From positions 28,879,611 through 28,943,610 of the forward strand of contig OZ316891.1 of NCBI GenBank assembly GCA_973895155.1: DNA of 64,000 nucleotides, in the 5' to 3' direction. Under the pieces are notes generated by a model. It ran no database searches, was not told where the DNA came from, and saw only the letters and a program-made list of their open reading frames with translations. Below are positions 63,519 to 64,000 of this stretch, one piece after another. The DNA is from Marsupella aquatica (lineage: Eukaryota > Plantae > Marchantiophyta). The position numbers and the translations under genes were made by a program. Numbering within the stretch: position 1 is the stretch's first letter; each line of letters starts with the position of its first letter.

Positions 63519-63794
63519 CTCGGGGGTTTCACTTCCACAAAAATGACACATCACATGCGACAAAGGATATGGTAGTTTTATTGTTTTAAGGAAAGACTTA
63601 AGAATTTTCTAAGAAGAACAATAGGGTCATTTAAAATCCAATTTTGAGACTTATATGTGCATTAGGGTCTTTTTAATCAGAATTAATATTCCAACTTTAT
63701 AGGGGTCAAAAAATTAAAAAATTTCCTTACATTTTAGGGGGTCCGAGGCCTTAAAACATCGCAGGTGATGGGGAGGCCCCCATAGAGTGAGACC
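63519..63794 (+). mobile_element. MITE, CTCGGGG-terminus family, copy 3 (right tip missing)
   Basis: Starts CTCGGGGGTTTCAC, colinear with copy 1, ends GTGAGACC without the final bases or a TSD. Confidence 0.85.
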
Positions 63795-63882
63795 TAATGA
63801 CCAATGAAGGTGTGTGCTTCTGTGGATGTAACTTCATCAGAGGTGAACCACATCTTTGTGTCAACTACTTGTTCTTTGGATA

Positions 63883-64000
63883 TGTTGAGCATAGACGACA
63901 ATGGCAACGGTTAACACATGACACATCCAACGCGCAAGTAGTCGACACAAGATATACGTGGTTCACCTCCTCTAGGCTACGTCCATGGGAACACACAATA
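63883..64000 (-). mobile_element. End of a Copia-like LTR, running out of the window
   Basis: TGTTGAG terminus. ACACAAGATATACGTGGTTC..CTACGTCCA resembles a motif I recall from plant Copia LTRs. Confidence 0.45.

Overview
Eukaryotic nuclear DNA from a land plant. Evidence: GT-AG introns, TTTAGGG telo-boxes, and a plant LCB1 and a THA8-like PPR gene. A bryophyte/liverwort-like source is my impression only. Intact-looking host genes: an intronless IAH1/CPRD49-type GDSL esterase (15813-16559 +); two convergent, paralogous CDCA7-like zf-4CXXC_R1 zinc-finger genes (23546-25503 +, 28559-30067 -); a THA8-like short PPR gene (~40652-42181 +); an intronless protein with tandem trihelix/Myb-SANT domains (43420-44982 -); and a 12-exon serine palmitoyltransferase LCB1 gene (57076-61601 +). 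The rest is rich in transposons. These include an apparently intact autonomous PIF/Pong-Harbinger element (4912-8767, 13-bp TIRs, TAA TSD), a decayed Harbinger with an extra spliced cargo gene, an orphan Myb-SHOCT pseudogene, a three-copy MITE family with 8-bp TSDs, a truncated L1 LINE, Copia LTR remnants, MULE-like relics and many short tandem duplications. The most notable items are the zf-4CXXC pair, which has an extra cysteine-rich insertion and flanks a pre-miRNA-like hairpin, and a series of four Myb/SANT genes ranging from transposon-borne to possibly domesticated. All calls are by eye, with no database searches.
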